From: a virus
Lineage: Duplodnaviria > Heunggongvirae > Uroviricota > Caudoviricetes
IMG/VR virus record: IMGVR_UViG_3300037962_000518
Coordinates: 71,960-135,959 of that record
Direction: 5' to 3' (one strand)
DNA: 64,000 nt
Part shown: positions 28,654-37,637 of the stretch, one piece after another
Numbering within the stretch: position 1 is the stretch's first letter
Layout of the letters: each line of letters starts with the position of its first letter
Program-made: the position numbers and the translations under genes
The notes under the pieces: generated by a model
Told to the model about the DNA's origin: nothing
Databases searched by the model: none
The model's input: only the letters and a program-made list of their open reading frames with translations

Positions 28654-29535
28654 ATGACAATTCGGATTAGCGATATAAAGAGTGGTGGAGGTTTTGTACC
28701 AGTAGGTTCTCCAGCACAGTTTGATGATAGGGAAAGACTTATCAATGATGGTGGTGTTCTTTATCTTAAAACAGGTGAAGTGGAAACTAACTTTGCAAAC
28801 TATCCAAATTTCCCTATAAAATATTATAATACAGGTAACCTATTTACCCCGAACGTTTCTGAAACAGTACAGACTATTACTTTAGGTGGTGGATTTTTAT
28901 GGGCTGCACTTTCCGATAATACTTTATTGAATTTCAACTATGATGGCACACCTGCAGGAGCAAATTATGCTTTAAACATTAGTGGTACGCCTACATGTAT
29001 GAGTTATATCGGTGGATATATGTATGTCCAACACTCTGTAACCAATCGACCTATTAGAAAGTACGACCTCTCTGATGGTTCAGAAGTTGCTAGTTTTGAT
29101 TTAGGTGGTGCAGATGACCTCACAGATATGACTACTGATGGAACATACTTGTACATGAAGAAATCAGGGGAAAACTTTGATTTTTATAAATATACTACAA
29201 CTGGTACTCTATTAGATACTATAACTTCTGAATTGGATTTTACACAATTTGAATGGGATTCTAGTGTAAATGGTTTCCTACTTTTTGATACAAACTCTGC
29301 ATTTAAATATATAGATACAACAGGGCAAATTATCTATAAAGAAGACTATGCTCCTTGGAAACCTGTACCAACTTCCATTATAGATTTCACAAAAACTCCT
29401 GACGAGAGTATTGTATTTGTTGCAACGGGAAATGATGTCCATATTTACCAAAGAGGTGTTTTTGGGGGATATCAGCCACAATCTAATAGTACGAACACTA
29501 TCGGCGGCGCAACAGTGTATTGGAGAATACGATAA
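28654..29535 (+). CDS. putative receptor-binding protein (beta-propeller-like)
   Basis: repeated DGTYLY-type blades; C-terminal VYWRIR. Confidence 0.55.
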   Translation: MTIRISDIKSGGGFVPVGSPAQFDDRERLINDGGVLYLKTGEVETNFANYPNFPIKYYNTGNLFTPNVSETVQTITLGGGFLWAALSDNTLLNFNYDGTPAGANYALNISGTPTCMSYIGGYMYVQHSVTNRPIRKYDLSDGSEVASFDLGGADDLTDMTTDGTYLYMKKSGENFDFYKYTTTGTLLDTITSELDFTQFEWDSSVNGFLLFDTNSAFKYIDTTGQIIYKEDYAPWKPVPTSIIDFTKTPDESIVFVATGNDVHIYQRGVFGGYQPQSNSTNTIGGATVYWRIR

Positions 29536-29861
29536 TGTTTGAATTTATTATTCAGAATGACAATCTTAGGGTAAGACCACAAGACCCTTTTGGTGATGGT
29601 AATGAACTTATTATCTACTTGGATAAATTTGATGGTGAGAAGTGGAATGCGATATGCTTCCCAAATATATATTCAACAGAAGTAACAACTTATGAAAACA
29701 CTATTTCTAAGCTTAATGAATGTTATCAAGAGATTAATATTAAGTTGGAAGAAATGTATGGGAAAGGAAGTTCCGTACCAGAGGCAGGATTTGATCTGGT
29801 ACGGTATTTAATTGATAACCAGACAGTTGTTATGGATAACAAGATTGAAATCAAAGAGTGA
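29535..29861 (+). CDS. hypothetical protein (possible fibre chaperone)
   Basis: TAATG overlap; last gene of tail operon. Confidence 0.55.
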   Translation: MFEFIIQNDNLRVRPQDPFGDGNELIIYLDKFDGEKWNAICFPNIYSTEVTTYENTISKLNECYQEINIKLEEMYGKGSSVPEAGFDLVRYLIDNQTVVMDNKIEIKE

Positions 29862-29870
29862 TATCTTTAG

Positions 29871-29895
29871 AAGCGGCTTTTATAGTCGCTTTTTA
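29871..29895 (+). terminator. intrinsic terminator of tail operon
   Basis: AAGCGGCT-TTTAT-AGTCGCTT-TTTA. Confidence 0.7.
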
Positions 29896-30003
29896 TTGTC
29901 TGTAATAAAGTGTGAGAGGTTTTACAGTAGAAGTAGTATGTTATTTAGGGTTATTGGTTTTATAGGTTTAGAATTGATTACAGAGGGGATATGTTTCGTA
30001 GGT

Positions 30004-30028
30004 AAAATAAAAGCACCCGAAGGTGCTT
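30004..30028 (-). terminator. intrinsic terminator (cUUCGg loop)
   Basis: minus AAGCACC-TTCG-GGTGCTT-TTATTTT. Confidence 0.8.
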
Positions 30029-30117
30029 ATACTAGTAATTGATTAAAACGGAATCAAAGTTCAATATGTTCGTTACACATACCCGCAGCATTACCTGCAA
30101 AAGCCATAAACTTTCAT

Positions 30118-30696
30118 CTATGGGAATCGCGCGATAAGGGCATCTCTTATCCTAAAGTCATCTTGTTGTTTAGCCAACTTGTGAGCATAAGACTTCTTCA
30201 CCCTGTAATACTCTTTGTAGGCTTCACAAGGAGAAGAGAAACTACCCAAGTAACCTCTAGAATCCTTATTAAAAGGATTCTTACATTGAGCTATGTACTT
30301 ACCTCTTAATTCAGTAACGCCTAAAGGTAAATCCCCTCTATCATTACCCCTGTCAGTAAGGAAGTTATTTAAGTTTTGGGTTATAAAACAACAATTCTCA
30401 GGAGAGTATAACTTTCCATTACCTAATATATCCTTATCCAATACCTTCCCTTCCCAATCTTGGTTTTCCATCCATTGTTTGAAGTTAGAAAATGTTAACC
30501 ATTCTTCGCAGACATAACAACCTTTGTAAGTAGGTTGTTTAGCTTGGTATACAGAAGAATAACACCTTCTAAGCATACTGTACCACCTGTCATAGAATGG
30601 ACAAATCCAAACTCTTTTCTTTTTACCGTCAACAAGTTCATTTATGGTTTTCTGATATTTCAAATCAGAAACTCCTACACTAAATATTGTTTTCAT
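30118..30696 (-). mobile_element. free-standing HNH-type homing endonuclease
   Basis: CPFYDRWYSMLRRCY..VCEEWLTFSNF..LDKDIL..YSPENC..LPLGV. Confidence 0.8.
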
Positions 30697-30734
30697 AGTT
30701 ATAAGAGAGCCTGTGAAAGCTCTCTACTCCGTAA

Positions 30735-31871
30735 TTAAAAAGGAATGTCATCGCTAAATTCAATCACAGGTTCAATATTATCCGCTTTTTCCGATGACTT
30801 GTCTTCAACAACAGGTTTTTCAGACTCTTGCGAAGGTGCATCAGTAGTAGATTGGGAAGCACTACCACTATCCGCAGCAATTTTATCCAACTGAGCTTTA
30901 AGTTTGGTATCCTTCCACTCACATCCTAACCAGAAATCAGGATTCTTTTGAGCATTAGGTTGGAAACTTTTCATAGAAGGTAATACGGCTTTAAGCTCCT
31001 TCTTGTAGTTTACCCATTGTACTAAGTCCAAATCCTCATAATCATCTTGGTTAATCATCAACGTTTTAAATGGTGTTTCAATATCAGGAATTTGACTCTC
31101 GCGAGAAATAACCTGATCACCAACTTCAACATCAATAATCTCGCTATGACCTTTAATCTCGAAGTTGATATAACCATTACGATTAGTACAAACAACTTCA
31201 AACATAGCCGCGCCTTTACCAAAAACATCAAAGTCATAACCAGAAGATTCAAACTCTTCAGCAATACCTAATGATTTAGATAGTTTGTAGATAGGACTAT
31301 TCGGGGATAGCTTACCAGTTTTATAATTAGGGTCAAATTTAAACTTACGTGCAAAACCTTCTACATTACGTTTATTATCTTTGAAATAACCATTGATGCA
31401 GATACGTAAAGGTTGTTCACCAAGACTATGTAAGTTTTCATTAGGATGTTTTGAATAATCCATTTTCAACTTAGGGAAGTCTACATAGATAGCAACTTCT
31501 TGTGTAGGACGTTCTGGCTTATATTGCAAGCGTTTGCCATCCACAGTTTTGAAGTAGTTATCAGGGTATTTAGCCACATGAGCTTTCTCTTCATCAGAGT
31601 AACCATCTGGAGTACTACCTTCACCAGCCTCACCTTTCCAATCATAAAAAGCATCTTGTTGTGGTTGTAATCCACAGTCAACAATTACACGAGGAATACC
31701 AACTACCTTTTTAACTTTCTTAGTTGCATTCTCTACTACAGTACCATCTTTCTTAGTGACAGGTTGTTCTTTTGAATCTAGAAGCGCCCATTCTAAAGCA
31801 TTCCACTCTTCCCATTGTTCAGGTGTTGCAGAAGAAGATGTACCAGTACCTTGTTGTGTTTCAAATTTCAT
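30735..31871 (-). CDS. putative single-stranded DNA-binding protein
   Basis: acidic linker ending DDIPF (SSB C-tail motif); replication arm. Confidence 0.55.
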   Translation of the reverse strand: MKFETQQGTGTSSSATPEQWEEWNALEWALLDSKEQPVTKKDGTVVENATKKVKKVVGIPRVIVDCGLQPQQDAFYDWKGEAGEGSTPDGYSDEEKAHVAKYPDNYFKTVDGKRLQYKPERPTQEVAIYVDFPKLKMDYSKHPNENLHSLGEQPLRICINGYFKDNKRNVEGFARKFKFDPNYKTGKLSPNSPIYKLSKSLGIAEEFESSGYDFDVFGKGAAMFEVVCTNRNGYINFEIKGHSEIIDVEVGDQVISRESQIPDIETPFKTLMINQDDYEDLDLVQWVNYKKELKAVLPSMKSFQPNAQKNPDFWLGCEWKDTKLKAQLDKIAADSGSASQSTTDAPSQESEKPVVEDKSSEKADNIEPVIEFSDDIPF

Positions 31872-32080
31872 ATATTATATTACCTCTTAACGTCCGTTCG
31901 GACATAAATATTTAATTAACGGGAAGTTTCCCATGAGTATTCTAACCTTGACATTGCAAGATGTATTGGTTCTCCTCCAATATCATATCTCTATGATGAA
32001 AGGTACTTTTAACAACAAACACATTTCAAACAATGATCCTTCTCAATCGTAGCGGACTTGATGAAATATGTTTCCTGAGA
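31872..32080 (-). ncRNA. structured 5' leader / candidate ncRNA
   Basis: six consecutive hairpins with G-U pairs only on the minus strand. Confidence 0.5.
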
Positions 32081-32084
32081 ATTT

Positions 32085-32112
32085 ATTGTAACATACTGAC
32101 AAACGGTGTCAA
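32085..32112 (-). promoter_or_regulatory. sigma70 promoter
   Basis: TTGACA-16-TACAAT with TGn extension. Confidence 0.6.
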
Positions 32113-32115
32113 TAC

Positions 32116-32406
32116 CTAACTACATTTTAAATCTTTAAACACTTCTGAATAAAACCAGCCATTGTCAGTAACATATTTTACAGTAGCATTATTGTCAGAA
32201 GTTACATTTAAAATTGGTACAGTTTTACCTTTTAACAAGGTTTTATCGAAAGTGGCAACACATTCTTTATCGGGATCGTAGCTTTTTGATAGTAAGAACT
32301 GTTCTGAATACGACACATCTTCTGGAAGTTCATCCACTATATAAGAACTAGTTCCAATAATAGTACCTAATAAGATAGATGCTATGATAATAGTTTTATC
32401 TTTCAT
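32116..32406 (-). CDS. hypothetical membrane-anchored protein
   Basis: N-terminal hydrophobic helix. Confidence 0.55.
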   Translation of the reverse strand: MKDKTIIIASILLGTIIGTSSYIVDELPEDVSYSEQFLLSKSYDPDKECVATFDKTLLKGKTVPILNVTSDNNATVKYVTDNGWFYSEVFKDLKCS

Positions 32407-32408
32407 AA

Positions 32409-32831
32409 TTATTTCTCCACTTTCTGTTTAAGTTCTGCAATTTGTTTCTCAAGTTCTGATAACTTTTCTAAATCACCTGATTTATGGTTCATTTTCAAAC
32501 CTTTGCAAATATCAATCACCCAGCGTGGAATAAACACTAGCGCAAGGATAATACCAATTGCCAGAATTATAGGTAATGCGATACCTTCTTTGATTAGTGC
32601 TGTAAATATTGCAGATACCATAAGACCACAAAACCCTTCCCCTATTACAAATTGAAACGCCCAATCACTACCATCTCCATCCCAATTATACCCCCATTTA
32701 AATTTCTGTATGTAATCAGCAAGAACAGTACCATGCCGTAACCAGAATCCAAGAAGTAAGCTGCCTAAAACAACAACGATGTTCAAAGCCCACAATAAAA
32801 TCGGCACTGCAGCAATAATATCAATATTCAT
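32409..32831 (-). CDS. hypothetical multi-pass membrane protein
   Basis: three hydrophobic helices + coiled-coil tail. Confidence 0.6.
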   Translation of the reverse strand: MNIDIIAAVPILLWALNIVVVLGSLLLGFWLRHGTVLADYIQKFKWGYNWDGDGSDWAFQFVIGEGFCGLMVSAIFTALIKEGIALPIILAIGIILALVFIPRWVIDICKGLKMNHKSGDLEKLSELEKQIAELKQKVEK

Positions 32832-32842
32832 AACCTTCTCCT

Positions 32843-33028
32843 CTATTTAAATAAATTTTCAAAATAACGATACAAACGTTTACCATATTTCTCAAGAGTA
32901 ATCTTAACAACAAGATATACTGCTGTCAACACTCCTATTAAAATAATTCCCAGCCATGTAAAGTATACGATTGTTATGCACAAACACACTATGCAAATAA
33001 ATTTCAATAACATTTTATTCATAATCAT
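32843..33028 (-). CDS. small membrane protein
   Basis: hydrophobic ORF. Confidence 0.45.
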   Translation of the reverse strand: MIMNKMLLKFICIVCLCITIVYFTWLGIILIGVLTAVYLVVKITLEKYGKRLYRYFENLFK

Positions 33029-33276
33029 TCCGCCACCAATGGAACTTGTTTTACTTCAACAAGGATAGCTTCAAGATTATCATCTTCATGAAATAGTTCC
33101 TCAATCGTCTTGTAACGTGTCACACCGAAATATTCTAGCCCAAGCAATCCTTTATTGCAAAAGTTATCAACAGCTCCTTGACGGCTCTTAGAAGCTGTCT
33201 GAAGATACACATCTGCTAAACGTTTATCGTGGATAACCCAATACTTAGGTGAAAATATAGGATCTTTTTGCATCAC
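33025..33276 (-). CDS. hypothetical protein
   Basis: coupled ORF. Confidence 0.55.
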   Translation of the reverse strand: MMQKDPIFSPKYWVIHDKRLADVYLQTASKSRQGAVDNFCNKGLLGLEYFGVTRYKTIEELFHEDDNLEAILVEVKQVPLVAE

Positions 33277-33473
33277 ATATCCTCCAAATTATACACCAAC
33301 CCACGTTTTTCAGCATGACGATATGTATCTACCAAACGTTGCTCCATTTCTTCAATAACACTGTTATCGATGTGAATGTTGTCCTGTTGCTTGTAGAGTG
33401 AAATATCTTCACAAAGCGTATCTAATTCTAATTTCAAGTCTTCTAAAGTTTGTTCTTGCTGCCATTGTTTCAT
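33273..33473 (-). CDS. hypothetical protein
   Basis: coupled ORF. Confidence 0.55.
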   Translation of the reverse strand: MKQWQQEQTLEDLKLELDTLCEDISLYKQQDNIHIDNSVIEEMEQRLVDTYRHAEKRGLVYNLEDM

Positions 33474-34240
33474 TTCACAACTCCTTTAAATATTTTAACA
33501 ATTTGACTATGGTTCATTTTACTATTAACTTCAAACATGTCAAGACTTTCTTGAATATTTTTAGTTGTTGTAACAATATTACTTCTATCAACAGGAAGAT
33601 TCTTATCTCTCACCCACAAAGAACGCTCTGAAAGCTTCTCTGGTAACACTTCGTTTGTAAGCTCACACGTTTTACGAAGAATACTTCTTTTAAACTGAGA
33701 GAAGCTTAGAGGCATCTCCTTGCCACATTGATCAACAATCGTTCTGCCAAACTTAGAGTACATTTCTGCAACTTCCACTTCTTGTAAACGTAACATCTTT
33801 TCTTTAAAGAGTTTAGCTTTTTCAAGATTCTCTTTTTGCAAAGAGGTTTTGATATCAAGATAAGGGATTTGTTTCTCAGCAAGTGCATCCTTATTTGAAA
33901 TAAGCTTTTCAATCCGATGGATTAAACGTAAATCCTTTTCAGGTAATCCTTTCTGAGAAACACCTTTATCAATGTAACGATCCTTTAAAAGATTAGCCCG
34001 TCTTGAAACAAGAAGTACATTTGAAAGAGAGTATGTTCCAAGGTCATCAATTCTCTCAATACTAGGGTAATCTTCACTATCTCGGTCAGTTAGATTAAAA
34101 GGTGATCCACTGTAAGCGCATGTTTCTGTATTACGCAAAGCGTAAAGGTGTGTGAATTCCTCTAAAGATAGTTCCCATTTAATGAAACGTTTTTCTGCAG
34201 AAGCTTTCTTTTGTTCATAGAGTTCTTTGATATAGTTCAT
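33470..34240 (-). CDS. Srd-like protein with two degenerate HNH-like repeats
   Basis: WELSLEEF..CAYSG..SIERID..Y...NV..V...N; second degenerate copy LSFSQF..CELT. Confidence 0.5.
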   Translation of the reverse strand: MNYIKELYEQKKASAEKRFIKWELSLEEFTHLYALRNTETCAYSGSPFNLTDRDSEDYPSIERIDDLGTYSLSNVLLVSRRANLLKDRYIDKGVSQKGLPEKDLRLIHRIEKLISNKDALAEKQIPYLDIKTSLQKENLEKAKLFKEKMLRLQEVEVAEMYSKFGRTIVDQCGKEMPLSFSQFKRSILRKTCELTNEVLPEKLSERSLWVRDKNLPVDRSNIVTTTKNIQESLDMFEVNSKMNHSQIVKIFKGVVK

Positions 34241-34276
34241 AACATTCTCCTCATTTATATTGTTTGTGTAGGAGTG

Positions 34277-34305
34277 ATATTAGAGGATGTGGGAAACTTT
34301 GTCAA
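34277..34305 (-). promoter_or_regulatory. sigma70 promoter
   Basis: TTGACA-17-TAATAT. Confidence 0.7.
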
Positions 34306-34318
34306 GGGATTATTTTTG

Positions 34319-34346
34319 AAAAAGGAAAGCCACTGAATAGGGGCTT
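34319..34346 (-). terminator. intrinsic terminator
   Basis: AAGCC-10-GGCTT-TCCTTTTT. Confidence 0.5.
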
Positions 34347-34361
34347 GTATTAATAAAGTTC

Positions 34362-34643
34362 TTAAGGAATAGGTTTATTTGCACAACCTTTATTACCTTC
34401 TGCAACGTATCCTTTTGAAAAGTCGGGTTGTTGCATGACAGGGGTGTAATCTAAGACTTCGATCCGATTTGCATCAAACCAGCTTCCGCTTAGAATTTCA
34501 CCGTCTTTTAGTGGGGGTGTTATTACAAATTGTACGCATCCGTACAGGTCAAAGCTTAAACTAGTTAATACTCCTTGATAACCTGTTACCTTATCTTTTG
34601 CTTTACACCCTAATAGTGCCGCATGTTTATTCATAGTATTCAT
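34362..34643 (-). CDS. conserved hypothetical protein
   Basis: LG.KAKDKVTGYQG..YGCVQ..WFD. Confidence 0.6.
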   Translation of the reverse strand: MNTMNKHAALLGCKAKDKVTGYQGVLTSLSFDLYGCVQFVITPPLKDGEILSGSWFDANRIEVLDYTPVMQQPDFSKGYVAEGNKGCANKPIP

Positions 34644-34654
34644 TTGTATTCTCC

Positions 34655-36208
34655 TTATAAGCTTTCTTTAACACGTTGACGGATCTCAGAAAGAGATGTT
34701 TCGTATAAAAGCTTACCATCTTTGAAAACAGTTTTTAACTCACCTTGTGATTCTTGTTCTGGTGTTTGTTGATCATACAATACATAATCTTCACCTTCTT
34801 TTTCTACACGTAGTAAACCTTTTGCAGACTTTTTAGAGTTAGCAGCAGTTTTAGGATTTTTCTGCATACTAACACCTTCTCCATTTACAATAGAATGTGT
34901 ACCTTTCAAAGCTTGAGAAAAGCTGTCTCTACTACTTCTATCTAAGAAACCCCAACTACCTACACCAAGAAGTAAATTACTAACGCACCAACCTTGTTTC
35001 TCCATAGTACTGTAAACCTTTTCTTGTAGGTTTATATCCAGAGCTTCTCCATAGATAACACCAACCTTAGGATTCAACACTTTATAACCTTTTTCATTTA
35101 CAGTACCCCCAAAAATATCCCATAAGGTTTGAAGAGTACCTTTTAACTCAAGATCATTATCCGAATCAGGATCTCCACAAATAACTTCTAGAGGTGTTTT
35201 TGGACTAGAGTCTGGTCTGAATACAAACTTACACATACCATTACTATCCTCTTCACGGGATAAAATTACATCCTTCAGATTACTTGCAATTTCAGAAATC
35301 ACACCGTAATAATCTTCACTGTCTGCCACGTAAGAAACTATACCTGAAGGGTAAAGGTTTTGACAAATATCTCTAATAGATGCCTCTTCTGCTGATAAAG
35401 GTGTATTATTGAATCCTAAAGTCTCTCTAAAATATGCGATACGTTGTGTTGCAGTTGCGTGTTCAAATGCGTTAACTGAAATACCTACTAACTCTTTATC
35501 CGAATCAGCTTTGTAGTAATCTTCAAGACCATCAATCGCAGCTAATGTATCTGTACCTACACTAAACAATAGATGTGCCATGCCACTATCAATAGCATCG
35601 TAGTGTCCTCTATGACCTCTTGCAGCGAAACAGTGGTTCGATATTTCACACCAGAAAGGATCTGCCCCAGTAACTTTTGCCCATCGTTCAGAGGTCTTAC
35701 GGTACTCTTTAGATAAACTAGCTGAATTACACATATGCCAAACTGAACTAGATAGGTATGTTTCGCAATAATTGGTTAACCAGTAAAACTCTGGTAAAGT
35801 ATTTTTAATAGTGATAGTAGGAATGCCCATATTAACCGAACATCCTTCAGGTAGAGTTTTAATACTTAGCGGAAGATAACCCAGATCGTGTAAACGACTC
35901 ATAGCCTCAATTTGTTTATCCCCATAATCTTTACCTACATAATTCTTAAGACGTCTACTATATTTACCAATAACATCTTCTTTCTCTTTAGAGAAAAAGG
36001 TTTCATCCCAAAGATCTTTCATTTGGATAATAGCTTTTTGGGCACCAAAGAAAATCATCTTACCGTCAAAATGTTCTTTAAGAACACGAGCTAGACGATT
36101 AGAACGTGGTGTCATATTAGAATAGACTAATTCTGTACCTTCTACATACTGACTAATGTGGTCAAGTTTATATCCATCTACTACGTGCGCCTGTGATACT
36201 AATTTCAT
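34655..36208 (-). CDS. nadV: nicotinamide phosphoribosyltransferase-like (Nampt/Namat)
   Basis: DGYKLDH, NYCETYLS..W, FAARG, NAFEHAT, FRPDSS, IYGE, NLLLGVGS, KKSAKGLL. Confidence 0.9.
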   Translation of the reverse strand: MKLVSQAHVVDGYKLDHISQYVEGTELVYSNMTPRSNRLARVLKEHFDGKMIFFGAQKAIIQMKDLWDETFFSKEKEDVIGKYSRRLKNYVGKDYGDKQIEAMSRLHDLGYLPLSIKTLPEGCSVNMGIPTITIKNTLPEFYWLTNYCETYLSSSVWHMCNSASLSKEYRKTSERWAKVTGADPFWCEISNHCFAARGHRGHYDAIDSGMAHLLFSVGTDTLAAIDGLEDYYKADSDKELVGISVNAFEHATATQRIAYFRETLGFNNTPLSAEEASIRDICQNLYPSGIVSYVADSEDYYGVISEIASNLKDVILSREEDSNGMCKFVFRPDSSPKTPLEVICGDPDSDNDLELKGTLQTLWDIFGGTVNEKGYKVLNPKVGVIYGEALDINLQEKVYSTMEKQGWCVSNLLLGVGSWGFLDRSSRDSFSQALKGTHSIVNGEGVSMQKNPKTAANSKKSAKGLLRVEKEGEDYVLYDQQTPEQESQGELKTVFKDGKLLYETSLSEIRQRVKESL

Positions 36209-36210
36209 AA

Positions 36211-36774
36211 TTATTTTTCCTCTCTTGAAAAAGTATGACCTCTATGGGTCTTCTGTCTACCTACAAAACACGCATAAACGTTTCTGTAGTCAAACCCTAA
36301 ATCTTCTAACTCTTTATGCCCATAAGTTTCAGCGACCAAGATACCATCCTTATAAACTTTAGTAACAAATCTAGAATTCCTAGCAGCTTTACCGAAGGGA
36401 TTGTCTATAAGCCCTGTTTCAACGGCATGATCTATGTTTTCTTGCTGAGTAACCCATTCTAAGTTCTCTAAATTATTATTGAGCCTATTACCATCTATAT
36501 GATTAACTTCTGGTTTACCATCTGGATTAGGTATAAAAGCAATAGCAACGAGTCTATGTACACTTTTACTATATTTCTTAGTTCTAACACATAACCTAAC
36601 TCGATAGCAATTCGTCTTATGATGTTCTTGTGCTAATATCTTCCCCTTAAGGTGCATATAGTTTCCATTAGAACATAGTATAGTCCTGTCTTTGCTTCTT
36701 ACCCTACCTAAGTTAGATACTTGATAGTGATCTTCAAAAATCCCGTACATATCTTTCCAAATTTCGTCTGCCAT
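36211..36774 (-). mobile_element. NUMOD4-HNH homing endonuclease
   Basis: EIWKD..YQVSNLGRVRS; VHRLVAIAFIPNP..VNHIDGNRLNNNLENLEWVT..EN. Confidence 0.9.
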
Positions 36775-37627
36775 TTTTCTCCTCTCTTAAATTAAACTTC
36801 ATAATATCTTCTTTGTTAATATAATTACCTACCACATGGTAGCAGTAGATGTTATCAATACTTCCTTTACAAACGTCTAAACCTTTTGCAAAGATAGCAT
36901 GTGTGACATATAAGTCAACTCTTTTTGCCCCGGCCTCTTTCAATTGTGAAGCTAACCCCACGAAAGAACCTGCTCCGTCTGATAGGTCATCTGGGATAAG
37001 AACATTCTTACCAGAAAAATCTACATCAGGTAGTTCACTCTTAATAATACGTCCTGTTGAAATATCTCGCTCCTTCTCACAATTGTATACTGGGACATTC
37101 AAATATTCTGCAATCTTAGCTGCTTTCTTACGACTACCTTTATCCACACTAAGTACACAATCCCAATCTTTCTTGGTGTCGAAGTGTAAGCTATGCTTGA
37201 AGCATTCTAATTGGCTTTTCTCAATAAGTTTATCCTTGAAAATAAGCTTAGGGTAATAATCATTGTGTAAGTCACATGTATAAATCTTATCATAACCACA
37301 CAGATGATGTTCTACGTAGTCGCAGAAGTCTTCTAGTGCAATAGGGTTACCTTGTTCAAACTTTCTGTCACAGCGCGAATGAGGCATATAATCCAAGCTT
37401 AAATACATAGGTACATCGATGTCAAAATAATCCTTTCCATACTGATAAATACAATCTGTGATCAATGATAACTCTTCACGAATAATACTCACTGGAGTAG
37501 AAGGATCAACAACCACCCAAATATATTTAGCATCACGAGGGAGGTCAACTTTAAACGTAAACGCCCCATCACTGAAAGTCACCTTGTTAACAGGGATATC
37601 TTTATTATTACATGACATTTTAATCAT
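36734..37627 (-). CDS. prs: ribose-phosphate pyrophosphokinase-like (Prs/Adps)
   Basis: FSDG, YMPHSRCDR, DLHN, VLIPDDLSDGAGSF, LYVTHAIF. Confidence 0.85.
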   Translation of the reverse strand: MIKMSCNNKDIPVNKVTFSDGAFTFKVDLPRDAKYIWVVVDPSTPVSIIREELSLITDCIYQYGKDYFDIDVPMYLSLDYMPHSRCDRKFEQGNPIALEDFCDYVEHHLCGYDKIYTCDLHNDYYPKLIFKDKLIEKSQLECFKHSLHFDTKKDWDCVLSVDKGSRKKAAKIAEYLNVPVYNCEKERDISTGRIIKSELPDVDFSGKNVLIPDDLSDGAGSFVGLASQLKEAGAKRVDLYVTHAIFAKGLDVCKGSIDNIYCYHVVGNYINKEDIMKFNLREEKNGRRNLERYVRDF

Positions 37628-37637
37628 TGTTTTGCTC

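Noticed and set aside
30085-30098. 14-nt match GCAGGTAATGCTGC with intron 2 (19597-19610), hinting at a relic intron around the HNH
   Set aside because: No other intron elements nearby, and a single 14-mer match is plausible by chance in 64 kb on both strands.
30050-30110. Tiny ORF MAFAGNAAGMCNEHIEL after the HNH
   Set aside because: 17 codons, no RBS, no recognisable motif.
31947-31975. Plus-strand TTGACA as an antisense promoter
   Set aside because: No -10-like hexamer at 16-18 bp.
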